Positions 10,188-19,702 of a stretch of DNA of 64,000 bases are shown piece after piece. A model generated the notes under the pieces. It ran no database searches, had not been told where the DNA came from, and was given only the letters and a program-made list of their open reading frames with translations. Source of the DNA: Myxococcota bacterium (GTDB lineage: Bacteria; Myxococcota_A; UBA9160; UBA6930); assembly GCA_965223705.1 (NCBI GenBank), contig OZ245015.1, positions 2,336,001 to 2,400,000 on the forward strand, given 5' to 3'. Position numbers and translations under genes: made by a program. The stretch's first letter is position 1. Every line of letters begins with the position of its first letter.

Positions 10188-10276
10188 GGGCTCTCCTGCG
10201 CGTTTCGCGCTCCATCATACGGCAGCTCGGATTCGCTATCTTTTCGCTCGAGAGCAACCCCCCCGAGGAGTACCCG

Positions 10277-10900
10277 ATGGCGACGACCTGGTCCGTGCAA
10301 GGCGAGTACATGGAAGCGTGCAGCTGCGATTTCTTGTGCCCCTGCCTGCCGACCAACTCCACGGGTCCGGCGACGCATGAGTTCTGCAAAGTCGCCCTCG
10401 CCTTTCAGATCGATCGCGGTTTCTTCGGTTCTGTGACACTCGATGGTGTCCGGTTCGTCCTGTTCGCCCAGTCGAAAGAGGTGATGGGAACCGGCGACTG
10501 GATCGGCGGCCTGGTGATCGACACCGCGGCGACAGACGCCCAAGCGGAAGCGATCGTCGCGATCAATTCAGCGGAGGGTGGCGGTCCGTTGGGGCACGTG
10601 GCGGCTCTCATCTCGGATTTCCGCGGCGTCGAGCGCCACCCGATCGTGTTTTCGCGCGAGGGCCGAACAGCGAGCGTTACGATCGCAGGGCTGCTCGATC
10701 AGTCCGTCGAAGGCGTCGAGAGCATGAGCGCTCCCGGGGAGAACATCGTCATCGAGAACACCGCACACCCGGTCAACTCGCGACTCAACCTCGCGAAGGC
10801 CGTGCGCAACGTGATCAACGCGTTTGGCATCCACTGGGACCGCGCCGAGAACACCAACGGACATTTCGCTCCGTTCGAGTGGGGCGGCGAAGCGGCGTGA
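10277..10900 (+). CDS. DUF1326-like Cys-rich putative metal-binding protein
   Basis: W-x-x-x-G-x-Y-x-E-x-C-S-C-x3-C-P-C N-terminus. Confidence 0.8.
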   Translation: MATTWSVQGEYMEACSCDFLCPCLPTNSTGPATHEFCKVALAFQIDRGFFGSVTLDGVRFVLFAQSKEVMGTGDWIGGLVIDTAATDAQAEAIVAINSAEGGGPLGHVAALISDFRGVERHPIVFSREGRTASVTIAGLLDQSVEGVESMSAPGENIVIENTAHPVNSRLNLAKAVRNVINAFGIHWDRAENTNGHFAPFEWGGEAA

Positions 10901-11694
10901 CTCCACCGGCTGGCTCGAGCCCTGGCAAGGCCCGAGGGCCGAGCTTTCAGTCCATCCGACAAATCTCCGGAGCTCTCGGACTCGCGCTTCTGGCGGTGGT
11001 CTGTTGGGCGGCGTTGGCGAGCGGTCACGCGGCCATGGCTCCCGACGCCACCGGGCCCGTCGCCTGGGTGATGCACCGGATGATGCGACCGGACGCGGCT
11101 CTTCCCTACATCGTTGCGGCGAGCGTGATGTGGATCGTGATGATGGTCGCGATGATGGCGCCCGCAGCGCTGCTCATGGTCGCGATATTTCGACGCATGC
11201 GTCGCAGCGATCGACCCGATCGAGACAGCTCGCTGTTTGCCTCCGGCTACTTGATCGGATGGTCCGCTTTCGGAGTGGTCGCAGCGGTACTTCAATGGTG
11301 GCTTCACCACAACGGCTGGATCAGCGGGATGGCCCTCGCCTCGAGCGGGACGATGACCGCCGCCCTCCTCATCGCAGCCGGTGCCTACCAGCTCACGCCG
11401 CTCAAGGAGGCGTGCCTCGCGCGCTGCCAAACGCCTATGGCCTTCTTCCTCGAGAACTGGCGGGAAGGCGCCCTTGGCGCTCTCCAGATGGGTCTGCGAC
11501 ACAGCGCGTTCTGCGTCGGCTGCTGTTGGGTGCTCATGCTTCTGATGTTCGCCGGCGGCGCGATGAGTCTCCTCACCATGGCTGCCCTGTGCGGTTTCGT
11601 GCTGGTGGAACGGCTGGCGCCCGCCGGGCCTTGGCTTCCGCGGGTGCCGGGCATCGCGCTCCTCGTGTGGGGCGTGGCGCTTCTCTTCGTCTAG
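10897..11694 (+). CDS. DUF2182-like integral membrane protein
   Basis: MMVAMM, YQLTPLKEACLARC, CVGCCWVLM motifs; GTGA overlap with upstream gene. Confidence 0.85.
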   Translation: MTPPAGSSPGKARGPSFQSIRQISGALGLALLAVVCWAALASGHAAMAPDATGPVAWVMHRMMRPDAALPYIVAASVMWIVMMVAMMAPAALLMVAIFRRMRRSDRPDRDSSLFASGYLIGWSAFGVVAAVLQWWLHHNGWISGMALASSGTMTAALLIAAGAYQLTPLKEACLARCQTPMAFFLENWREGALGALQMGLRHSAFCVGCCWVLMLLMFAGGAMSLLTMAALCGFVLVERLAPAGPWLPRVPGIALLVWGVALLFV

Positions 11695-12662
11695 TCCCGC
11701 GAAAACCGCGCGCGATAGCCCGCCGGCGATACAGCGAGGTCTCGGCGGAAGGTCCTGCGCATGGTCTCTGCGGTTCCGAACCCACACGCCGCGGCGATGC
11801 CTTCCAACCCCTCATCGCTCTCTTCGAGAAGTTGTCGCGCGCGTTCCAGTCGAATGCGCTGGACGTAGCGCGCCGGGGAATCTCCCGTCTGGTCTGTGAA
11901 GACCCGGACGAAGTGACGGGGGCTCATCCCGGCGCGGTGCGCCATCGCGTCGACACGATGATCGAGATCGGGGCGGCGCATCAGGGCGTCGAGCGCCGCG
12001 CGAATGCCTCGGTGTTGGGGCGCCGCGGTCCGCAACGCCTCGCTGAATTGCGACTGTCCCCCCGGTCGGCGAAGAAACATCACCAACGCGCGCGCGACGG
12101 CCAGGGAGAGTTCGCGGTCGTGGTCTTCTTCGACCAGCGCGAGCGCCAGATCGATGCCCGCGCTCACGCCGGCGGAGGTGTAGAGATCGTTGTCTTTGAC
12201 GTAGAGGGCGTCCTTCTCCACCCGACATCGCGGGGCACGCGCCGCGAGCGCGCCCTGCGCCAGCCAGTGCGTGGTCGCTCGGCGATTGTCGAGCAACCCG
12301 AGGCGAGCGAGCACGAACGCGCCTGTACAAATGGAGACCACGCGCCGCGCACGCGCGGCAGCGCGTTCGCACCAAGCGAGGGCGTCGGCGTCGAAGGTCT
12401 GCTCGGCGAACGCCAGACCACCGGGCACAACGAGCGTGTCGATCGGGCCGCGGACTTTCGCGAACGCGGTGGTCTGTACGGTGACTCCCGTCGCCGTCGG
12501 CGTGGACCTCTCGGGCCCGGTCACGGAGATCCGGTAGCCGGGTGCGCGAGGGCGGTCGCCGGCGAGGATGTGTGTTGCGGCCGCAAAGACGTCGGCGGGC
12601 CCGGAGAGGTCGAGAAGCTGCGCACCGGGAAAGAGGACGAAGACGACGTGGCGGTCCGGCAT
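11691..12662 (-). CDS. GlxA/FtrA-family AraC regulator with DJ-1-like N-terminal domain
   Basis: LLDLSGP, SICTGAF, TSAGVSAGID, RRPGGQSQFS, C-terminal AraC HTH; start trimmed to MPDRHVV. Confidence 0.92.
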   Translation of the reverse strand: MPDRHVVFVLFPGAQLLDLSGPADVFAAATHILAGDRPRAPGYRISVTGPERSTPTATGVTVQTTAFAKVRGPIDTLVVPGGLAFAEQTFDADALAWCERAAARARRVVSICTGAFVLARLGLLDNRRATTHWLAQGALAARAPRCRVEKDALYVKDNDLYTSAGVSAGIDLALALVEEDHDRELSLAVARALVMFLRRPGGQSQFSEALRTAAPQHRGIRAALDALMRRPDLDHRVDAMAHRAGMSPRHFVRVFTDQTGDSPARYVQRIRLERARQLLEESDEGLEGIAAACGFGTAETMRRTFRRDLAVSPAGYRARFSRD

Positions 12663-12673
12663 CCCGACGAGTA

Positions 12674-12708
12674 TGGCATAAATCGTTGGAGATATGTCAT
12701 TTACGCCA
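12674..12708. promoter_or_regulatory. Inverted repeat TGGCATAAAT-N15-ATTTACGCCA, probable operator of the adjacent AraC regulator
   Basis: 9/10 inverted repeat in the AT-rich divergent intergenic region. Confidence 0.6.
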
Positions 12709-12752
12709 TCCCAGGATCTCACATAATGCCGTGAGATCGCGGAGGAGTGCGG

Positions 12753-13664
12753 ATGGCCGTTGTCGAGAATCCCCGAAGTGCGTTGCCGGCGAAGCTGCGC
12801 GGGCTGCACCTCTTCCACTACGGAGCCGCGCCCTGCCCGCAGCGCGTTCGCTTCCTTCTCGCCGAGAAAGGCATCCGGCGCGCCGCCGATGTCCGCTGGG
12901 ACTCGGAGGCCCGCGAAACCCTCGAAGCGCCCGCCGGGAGCTACATCGCCCGGGCGGTTTCCCTGCCACGGCAGCAGAACCTGACTCCCGGTTACGCCGC
13001 CGTACATCCGCACATGGTGGTCCCTGCCCTGGTTCACGACGGCGTGGTCCACATCGAATCCGTCGAGATCATGAACTACATCCACGACGAGCTGCCGGGC
13101 CCCTCCCTCGTTCCCGATGGCGTCGCGGGAGAAACGTGTCGGCGTCTCATCGCCGAGGCCGCGGCTCTTCAACCTTCTGTTCGACATGTCACGTATCGCT
13201 GGAGTCTCGGCGGAATCGCGAAACTCAAGCCCGAGAAGCAGGCCCAGGTGCGCGCCCTCGACGCTCCGGACTCGCCCGAACAGCTCGGCCGTTTCTACAC
13301 GGATTTCAGCAACGACGAGATTCCCGAACGCGTGTTCGCGGGTCATGTCCTGAAGCTCGAAGCGGGTTTCGGCCGCGTGGACGCGCTCCTCGCAAGCGAC
13401 GGGCGGACTTGGGTCACCGGCGAGCGCTTCTCCATGGCGGACATCCTTTGGTCGGTCAAGACACTTCGTCTGTTCGAGGCGGGCTACCCGTTCGGCGAGC
13501 GCTTTCCGACGTTGTCGGCATGGTTTGACCGGGTTCGGGCGCGCCCGGGTTTTCGCGAAGCGATCTGGCGTGACGTCCGCGTGATGTCCCGCGTCTTTCG
13601 ACTGCGGGGCACGATCCAGAATTACTTCGGCCGTGGTTTGCGTGCCGCGCTGGCCACACCTTAG
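12753..13664 (+). CDS. Glutathione S-transferase family protein (with N-domain insertion)
   Basis: APCPQRVRFLLAEKG, VPALVHDG, ES motif, FSMADI; GGAGGA RBS. Confidence 0.8.
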   Translation: MAVVENPRSALPAKLRGLHLFHYGAAPCPQRVRFLLAEKGIRRAADVRWDSEARETLEAPAGSYIARAVSLPRQQNLTPGYAAVHPHMVVPALVHDGVVHIESVEIMNYIHDELPGPSLVPDGVAGETCRRLIAEAAALQPSVRHVTYRWSLGGIAKLKPEKQAQVRALDAPDSPEQLGRFYTDFSNDEIPERVFAGHVLKLEAGFGRVDALLASDGRTWVTGERFSMADILWSVKTLRLFEAGYPFGERFPTLSAWFDRVRARPGFREAIWRDVRVMSRVFRLRGTIQNYFGRGLRAALATP

Positions 13665-13672
13665 GAGGTGCT

Positions 13673-14341
13673 ATGTCGAAATTGAAAGTCGGTGTCTACC
13701 TGTTCGAAAACATGACCATGCTGGACGGGTTCGCTCCACTGCAGTTCTTCGCGTTCGTCGAGGACTTCGAGACGTTCACGTTCGCCAAGACGCGAGAGCC
13801 GGTACGAGGTGACGCAGGGGCCCTTCTGACCCCCGACTACGGCTTTTCGGATTGTCCGGAGATCGATGTTCTGGTCGTCGGCGGCGGGGGAGACCTGCTG
13901 CCGCAGCTCCGAGATCGCGAGGCGGTCGAGTTCTTGGCGAAAGCGGGTGAAGGCGCGCGCTACGTGACCTCGGTGTGTTCTGGCGCCCTGCTACTTGCGG
14001 AAGCGGGCCTCCTCAAGGGCCACCGCGCCGCGACACATTGGGCCTACACGGAACTCCTCGCCGCATATCCCGACGTCACGGTGGTCGACGAGCGGGTGTG
14101 CGTCGATCGCAATCGCATCACCGGGGGCGGCGTGACGGCGGGAATCGATTTCGCCTTGACGGCGATTGCCGAGATCGCGAACCCCACCGAAGCGCAGGCG
14201 CTCCAGCTGATGTTCGAGTATCGCCCGGCGCCGCCGTTTGATGCGGGATCACCCGAGACGGCACCGCCGGAGATCTCCGCCGCAGTCCGCGCGCGGGCGG
14301 CGGAGATCACCGCGCCGGCGATGGCCCATATCCGCGGTTAG
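13673..14341 (+). CDS. DJ-1/PfpI family protein, isonitrile hydratase (InhA)-like
   Basis: TMLDG, TSVCSGAL, ATHW, TGGGVTAGIDF, EYRPAPPFDAGSP; AGGAGG RBS. Confidence 0.85.
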   Translation: MSKLKVGVYLFENMTMLDGFAPLQFFAFVEDFETFTFAKTREPVRGDAGALLTPDYGFSDCPEIDVLVVGGGGDLLPQLRDREAVEFLAKAGEGARYVTSVCSGALLLAEAGLLKGHRAATHWAYTELLAAYPDVTVVDERVCVDRNRITGGGVTAGIDFALTAIAEIANPTEAQALQLMFEYRPAPPFDAGSPETAPPEISAAVRARAAEITAPAMAHIRG

Positions 14342-15435
14342 GCCTGCGCGATGAAGAAGCTGTTCGCGCGATCTTCGCGGACACCGGTGACTTCGATCTC
14401 GGCGAAACCCGCGGCCTTGAGATACTCGATCGTCTTCTGCTCGCCCCACGCGGCGCCGAGTCCCTCACCCCCATAGGCGAGTGAGACCTGCATGCAGTGC
14501 ATGGTCGAGATCGTGTACAGGAACGGTGCCATCGGCTCATCGAGCATGTCGGCGAGATCGCTCGATGCCTTGGGCTCGACGCACAGGTACGTCCCCCCGG
14601 GCCGCAACATGCGGTGGATCGCGGCCAGGACGGTCGCGGGATGCGCCTGATCGTGGATGGCATCGAAGGTCGTCACGAGATCGAAGGCCTGCTCCTCGTT
14701 GAGCTTCGCCGCGTCGGCGACTTCGAATCGGACGTTTTCGACGCCGCGTTCGCGGGCGCGCTCCCGCGCGTCGGCAACGGCCTGCTCGGAGAAGTCGAAT
14801 CCCACGAATTGGCTCTTCGGGAAGGCTTCGGCGAGGAGGCATAGGGCCAAGCCCGTGCCGCACCCGACGTCGGCCACGTCGACGCCGGCGGCCAGCCGCT
14901 CCGCGCCTCCGGGCAAAATCGGAACGACGGCATCGATCAGCGTGCGTTCTTGCCGGTCGCCCGAGGATTGCGCCATCACCTCTTGGAACTGCGGGTACTT
15001 GTCGTAGGGAACGCCACTGGCGTCGGCGAAGGATTTGGCGACGTCGTCCTCGACCCCACCGAAGAGGCCGATGTACTGCGCCTGAACCGCGAGGTTCAGC
15101 GGCCCCGCGCGTCGGGTGACGAGACCGGCGAGCTCCACGGGCAGACGGAAGGTCCCGAGCGTGGGGTCATGCTCGACGAGGCCCGCACACGCCATCGCGG
15201 CGAGCCACTCGCGCACGGGCCGGGGGTGGAGCCCCGCCTTCTCGGCGATGCCCTCGGGTGTCGCCGCCGGGGCGCCGTCCATCGAATCGAACAGGCCGGT
15301 CTTGTGGCCGATGCTCACCATCAGCCCCATCGCACCGGAGTTCAGGATTCCCACCATCTGTTGGAGAAATGCCTTCGAACGCGCCTTGTCGAATTCGGGC
15401 GTTCCGTCTTGAGAATGGTCGCTTGCAGTAGCCAT
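14338..15435 (-). CDS. SAM-dependent methyltransferase with N-terminal winged-helix/dimerisation domain
   Basis: IGHKTGLFD, VREWL, DVGCGTG, FDAIHD, GLGAAWG. Confidence 0.85.
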   Translation of the reverse strand: MATASDHSQDGTPEFDKARSKAFLQQMVGILNSGAMGLMVSIGHKTGLFDSMDGAPAATPEGIAEKAGLHPRPVREWLAAMACAGLVEHDPTLGTFRLPVELAGLVTRRAGPLNLAVQAQYIGLFGGVEDDVAKSFADASGVPYDKYPQFQEVMAQSSGDRQERTLIDAVVPILPGGAERLAAGVDVADVGCGTGLALCLLAEAFPKSQFVGFDFSEQAVADARERARERGVENVRFEVADAAKLNEEQAFDLVTTFDAIHDQAHPATVLAAIHRMLRPGGTYLCVEPKASSDLADMLDEPMAPFLYTISTMHCMQVSLAYGGEGLGAAWGEQKTIEYLKAAGFAEIEVTGVREDRANSFFIAQA

Positions 15436-15516
15436 CGGGTCCTCGCATTAGTGGGTCGCCCGGGGATGCTACCGTCGATCGACCGAGACGCGACGCTCAT
15501 CGGGAGAAAGAGGGCC

Positions 15517-16593
15517 ATGTACGAACACGCACCGATTCGGGTCCGGGGGGACATTGCCGCAGCGCATCGTGCGATTTGGGACGCCCTGGCTCGCCCGGGG
15601 ACCTGGTGGACTTCCACAGAGCGAATCGGAATCGCCCGGGAGGCGCGACGCGCCCGGGCGCGGCACGGCTTGGCGCCGATGCCGGACGAACCGCAGGAGC
15701 CGTCGCTCCCCGCCGTAGCGATCGAGGTCGCACAGCGCGTCGGCGGCGATCCTGCCACCCTGGACGAAGGGTGGTTTCGCGGAGTGGCCGGCCGGCTATT
15801 GGACGCGGAGTACGTCGAACTCGTCGCCGTCGTCGTGCAGACCGTGAGCGTCGACGTCTTTTGTCGAGCAATCGGCGTTGCCCTCCACCCCTACCCAGCG
15901 CCGGGGCCCGGCTCGCCGAGCTGTCAGCGTCCCGTCACGGCGGTCGAAGAAGAGGCGTGGGTGCCGACGATTCCCTCCGGAAAGGCCGGTGGCGACGCCG
16001 GGCGCGATCTCTACGGCGACACGCCCATGCCGAACGTGATCCGCGCCCTGAGCCTCGTGCCGAACGACGCGGGACTCGCCCTGCAGCAATGCGTCGCGCA
16101 ATACCTCGAGATCCCCCAGGTCCTCGACGCCTCCTACGAACCGGGTCGGGGGCTGTCGCGGGCCCAGATCGAATTGATCGCGGGCCGGGTCTCCGCGATC
16201 AACGAATGCTTCTACTGAACGTCTTCACACGCGTGGCTGCTCCGTGCGAGTGGCGAACAGCAGGGAACACCGTTCGATCCGCGGGCGGTCGCGACCCCGG
16301 GACTCGACGGTGGGATTCCCCACGGCGACGTGCTGATCGAGTTCGCAAACGCCGTGATGGGAGAGGACGGCGATCGGCTCGCACGGGCGCGCGATGCGGT
16401 GTGCGAAGCCGTTGGGGATGCCGGCTTTCACGAGGCCGCCGCAACCGCCGCGAACTTCAACCAAATGGACCGCATCGCGGATGCGACGGGCATTCCCCTC
16501 GACAGCGGCGGGCGTCAGGTGATGGCGGCGCTCGGCAGGGAGATCGGCGCCGATCGCTTTGCTTCGGCAAAGAACACCCTGCAGCGGTTGTAG
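15517..16593 (+). CDS. AhpD/alkylhydroperoxidase-like putative selenoprotein (CxxU); in-frame TGA at 16216-16218
   Basis: ELIAGRVSAINEC-F-Y-TGA-TSSH; the same frame continues without stops into ORF 16330..16593 (AANFNQMDRIADATGIPLD); hairpin follows the TGA. Confidence 0.8.
16226..16252 (+). other. Candidate bacterial SECIS hairpin
   Basis: CAC-A-C-GCGTGG-ctgct-CCGTGC-G-A-GTG; upper stem begins after a 12-nt spacer from the TGA. Confidence 0.6.
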
Positions 16594-16625
16594 GCAGTTT
16601 TCTCAATGAGTACAGCCGCTTAGGT

Positions 16626-16631
16626 TATAAT
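16626..16631 (+). promoter_or_regulatory. Consensus sigma70 -10 box (TATAAT) upstream of the Sel1 gene
   Basis: Perfect TATAAT in an AT-rich intergenic region; no convincing -35. Confidence 0.45.
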
Positions 16632-16675
16632 GGCAGACCGAGTCGCCCATCGGCTCCCCTTCCCACGCTAACGAC

Positions 16676-17356
16676 TTGAAGGTGTTCGCATTGAGCTACG
16701 CGTCTATTTCGGTTTCCCTCCTGCTCCTTGTGGGGGTTTTGTCGGGGTGCGGCGCACCTCCTTCGTTGTTCGAGCTGACGGAGAAGGCTGCGGCGGAAGG
16801 GGATGCCGTCGCCCAGTACAACTTCGCGCTCATGAACAATTTCGGGAACGGCGTCGAGCAGAACACCGGAGCCGCCGTCGAGTGGTTCAAGAAAGCCGCG
16901 GATCAAGGGCATACGGAAGCGCAGTATCACTTGGCCAAGGCCTACGAGACGGGCAACGGTACGGCGGCGGACCCCGGAGAAGCTGTGAAGTGGTACGAGC
17001 TCGCGGCAAAAGAAGGCAACGCCGAAGCGCAGTTCGCGCTCGGTAAGCTGCTCGACCCCGCCGATCCGGATGCCGACGGCGCGCAGTGGTTTCGCGCGGC
17101 CGCTGAGCAGGACCACGCGGCGGCGCAGTACCGGCTCGGCCGCCTCTACCGAGAGAACGCGCGCGGTCCCGACGATTACGTCGAGGCCTATTTCTGGCTT
17201 CGGCTCGCGGCCGATTTCGACGATCGCGCCTACAAGGTCCTCGAAGAGATGGTGGCCTTCCAGCGCGATGAGGACGGCGAGTTCATCATCGGGCGTTTTC
17301 AGATCAAAGAGGCCAAGGCGAAGATCAAGGCTTGGTTGGAGGCACGGTCTCAATGA
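16676..17356 (+). CDS. Sel1-repeat lipoprotein
   Basis: Lipobox LSGC; repeated AQYNFA/AQYHLA/AQFALG/AQYRLG...W(F/Y)xxAA units. Confidence 0.85.
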   Translation: MKVFALSYASISVSLLLLVGVLSGCGAPPSLFELTEKAAAEGDAVAQYNFALMNNFGNGVEQNTGAAVEWFKKAADQGHTEAQYHLAKAYETGNGTAADPGEAVKWYELAAKEGNAEAQFALGKLLDPADPDADGAQWFRAAAEQDHAAAQYRLGRLYRENARGPDDYVEAYFWLRLAADFDDRAYKVLEEMVAFQRDEDGEFIIGRFQIKEAKAKIKAWLEARSQ

Positions 17357-18231
17357 GTTTTTCGGGCGCGGCAAAGCTTCTCGGCGTGTTGGCCATTGTC
17401 CTGAGCGTCGCCGGCGCCGGTCTCGCCAACCTGCGGATCATGCAACCCGCGGCGGGCTTTGGCCTCTTCATGCTCGGCCTCCTGCTCGGCCTCGTCGCAT
17501 TCGTGCTGGCGTGCTTCGCGATCGCCCGGGCCGGTAAGCTCGGGGTGCCGCGGCGCAACGCCGCCGCGGGTTTCGTGCTCGGGCTTCTCGTGGTGTTTTT
17601 CGTCACGAGCCTCATTGTCACGCGCGGCTTTCGCACGACGCCCCAAGAATGTTCGGATCTGCCGTCCTGTGCGATGGCGGGGGTCGATGCGTTCTATGCC
17701 GCCGCCTATCGGCCGGCCGAGTTCGCGACAGAGCAGTTGCGGGAGTTTTCCCCGATCAACGACATCTCGACCGATCTCGACAACCCGCCGGAATTTACGG
17801 TGGCGCCGGTCAAGGGCGGCGACTGGTCTCTCCCCGACGCCTCCCGGCAGCGGCAGCCCGAGGCGTATCCCGACATCACAACGGTCTTCGCCGGCGGTCA
17901 ACCGACAGAGAACTACCCGATCGTCCTCGATGTCGCGCGCGAGAAGGGTTGGACGATTCTCGTGCAACGGCCGGATTTCTTCGCGTTCGAAGCGACGGCC
18001 GAAACCGGCATGTTCCGCTTCGTCGACGATATCTCGGTGCGAATGTACGCCTCGCCGCGCTGCCCGCGTCCGATGAACGGCCGCTGCAACAGCACGGCGG
18101 TCGACATCCGCTCGAAATCGCGTGATGGCGTGAGCGACATCGGCAAGAACGCCGCCCGAATTCGAGAGTTCACACGGCGGATCCGCGAGCTCACAGTAGA
18201 GAGCGCACCTCCGCGAGAACCGACCCCCTAG
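17353..18231 (+). CDS. DUF1499-like membrane-anchored protein
   Basis: Three N-terminal TMs; PINDISTD, FRFVDDISVR, VDIRSKSRDGVSDIGKNAARI. Confidence 0.8.
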   Translation: MSFSGAAKLLGVLAIVLSVAGAGLANLRIMQPAAGFGLFMLGLLLGLVAFVLACFAIARAGKLGVPRRNAAAGFVLGLLVVFFVTSLIVTRGFRTTPQECSDLPSCAMAGVDAFYAAAYRPAEFATEQLREFSPINDISTDLDNPPEFTVAPVKGGDWSLPDASRQRQPEAYPDITTVFAGGQPTENYPIVLDVAREKGWTILVQRPDFFAFEATAETGMFRFVDDISVRMYASPRCPRPMNGRCNSTAVDIRSKSRDGVSDIGKNAARIREFTRRIRELTVESAPPREPTP

Positions 18232-18248
18232 CACACAAGAGGAAAGCG

Positions 18249-18734
18249 ATGGACCCGGAAATCGCCGCGCGACTCGAGGCTTTGGAGACAGAAGTGAAAG
18301 AGCTTCGCGACCGTGAAGCGATCCGGAGTCTCCGCTTTCGCTACCACGAGTGCATCAACAGCGAAACGCTAGCGGCGATTCCGGACCTCTTTACTGAGGA
18401 CGCCGTCCTCGACTTCGACTATCTCGGTCAGGCCAGCGGGCGTGCTGAGATCGCCGGGTTCTTTTCCCGCGTCGACAGCCTGCTCTCCTTCGTACGGCAA
18501 TTCATGCATAACCACGAGATCCGGATCTCGGGGGATTCGGGCACGGGTTACGCCTACCTCGAGGCGAAGACGATCTCTGCCGGCGACGCCTATTTCGTTG
18601 CTGCGCGTTACGACGATGAGTACGTGCGGCAGGACGGGGCGTGGAAGTTCAAGAAAATGTCGCTGACGCCGTACTTCACGGTTCCGTTCAAAGAGGGTTG
18701 GGCCCAGGAAAACCGCCTCAAGATGGGTCGCTAG
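18249..18734 (+). CDS. SnoaL/NTF2-like protein
   Basis: DREAIRSLRFRY, LFTEDA, YDDEYVRQDGAWKF. Confidence 0.85.
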   Translation: MDPEIAARLEALETEVKELRDREAIRSLRFRYHECINSETLAAIPDLFTEDAVLDFDYLGQASGRAEIAGFFSRVDSLLSFVRQFMHNHEIRISGDSGTGYAYLEAKTISAGDAYFVAARYDDEYVRQDGAWKFKKMSLTPYFTVPFKEGWAQENRLKMGR

Positions 18735-19702
18735 CGCTCGGCCCCCCCGTCCGGATCCGACAACCGCACGAGGCCTCGTTTGGGCCGATCGTCCATCACC
18801 ATCCAGAGGAGCTCCGGGCGGGCGTAGTGCCCTGCTCCGTCGAGCCACGTCTTGACGTCGCGGAGCTCGGCGAGATCGATCTCCGCGGTGAGGAGAGCTT
18901 CCTCCTCCCCCGTGTGGGGGCCCGCCAGATCCGCCGTGAACGGATGGATGATCGCCGACCATCCGCCGCCGGACTTGAGGAGCGCCTGGGGCCCGAGCTC
19001 GCTCTCGAGAAACGGGATCACGTCCGGGCCGACGGGGCTCGAGGCGCACACGACGAAACACTGACCCGTCAGCGCGTGGCTTCTCATCATCGCGTCGATC
19101 TGGCGATCGGCAACGGCTTCGAAGCCGGCCATGGTCGACAGTGACGGCCAGGCGCCCACGTGGAGCTCGATCCCCTGCTCCACCAGCGCTTGGCGCGCGA
19201 GGTTCATCGTGTGCTCCCAGCACGCGAGCCCGCCGACCCTACCGACCGAGCTTTCAAAGACGCTGAGTGTCGACGCGTCGCCGCGACCCCAGACGTAGCG
19301 CTCCGCGTACGTCGGTTGGAGCTTGCGGTGGACTCCGAGGAGACGACCGTCCGCTTCGATGAAGGCGATGGCGTTGTAGAGTGTGCCTCCTGCTCGCTCC
19401 GTAAACCCGAGCGCGACCGCGACGCCGGATTCTCTCGCCGCCTGCTGCACTTGCTGCATCGGAGCGCCGTCGGCCTCGATTGCGGCGTCGTGGTAGCGCC
19501 GGTTGAGAGCTCCTTGCACGAGGGGCGGGTAGCAGTTGATCCAATAGGGGAAGCCGGGAACGAAGACCTCCGGAAACGCCACGAACTGAACGCCTGCGTC
19601 TCCGGCCCGCGCGATCCAACGGGTCGCCTTATCAATCGTGGCGTCGGTGTCCATGAAGACCGGCGCTACGTGTGCCGCCGCGATTTTTCGCACGGGGCTC
19701 AT
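18731..19702 (-). CDS. Nitrilase (carbon-nitrogen hydrolase)
   Basis: E-K-C triad: FPEVF, HRKLQPT, LACWEH; GHYARP; start trimmed to MSPVRK. Confidence 0.92.
   Translation of the reverse strand: MSPVRKIAAAHVAPVFMDTDATIDKATRWIARAGDAGVQFVAFPEVFVPGFPYWINCYPPLVQGALNRRYHDAAIEADGAPMQQVQQAARESGVAVALGFTERAGGTLYNAIAFIEADGRLLGVHRKLQPTYAERYVWGRGDASTLSVFESSVGRVGGLACWEHTMNLARQALVEQGIELHVGAWPSLSTMAGFEAVADRQIDAMMRSHALTGQCFVVCASSPVGPDVIPFLESELGPQALLKSGGGWSAIIHPFTADLAGPHTGEEEALLTAEIDLAELRDVKTWLDGAGHYARPELLWMVMDDRPKRGLVRLSDPDGGAER

Noticed and set aside
10824..12734. 636-aa + strand ORF
   Set aside because: Shadow frame over the DUF2182-like and AraC genes; no recognisable motifs; expected at high GC
16330..16593. 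Independent 87-aa gene
   Set aside because: In frame with the upstream ORF across one TGA in a CxxC-equivalent motif; no clear RBS
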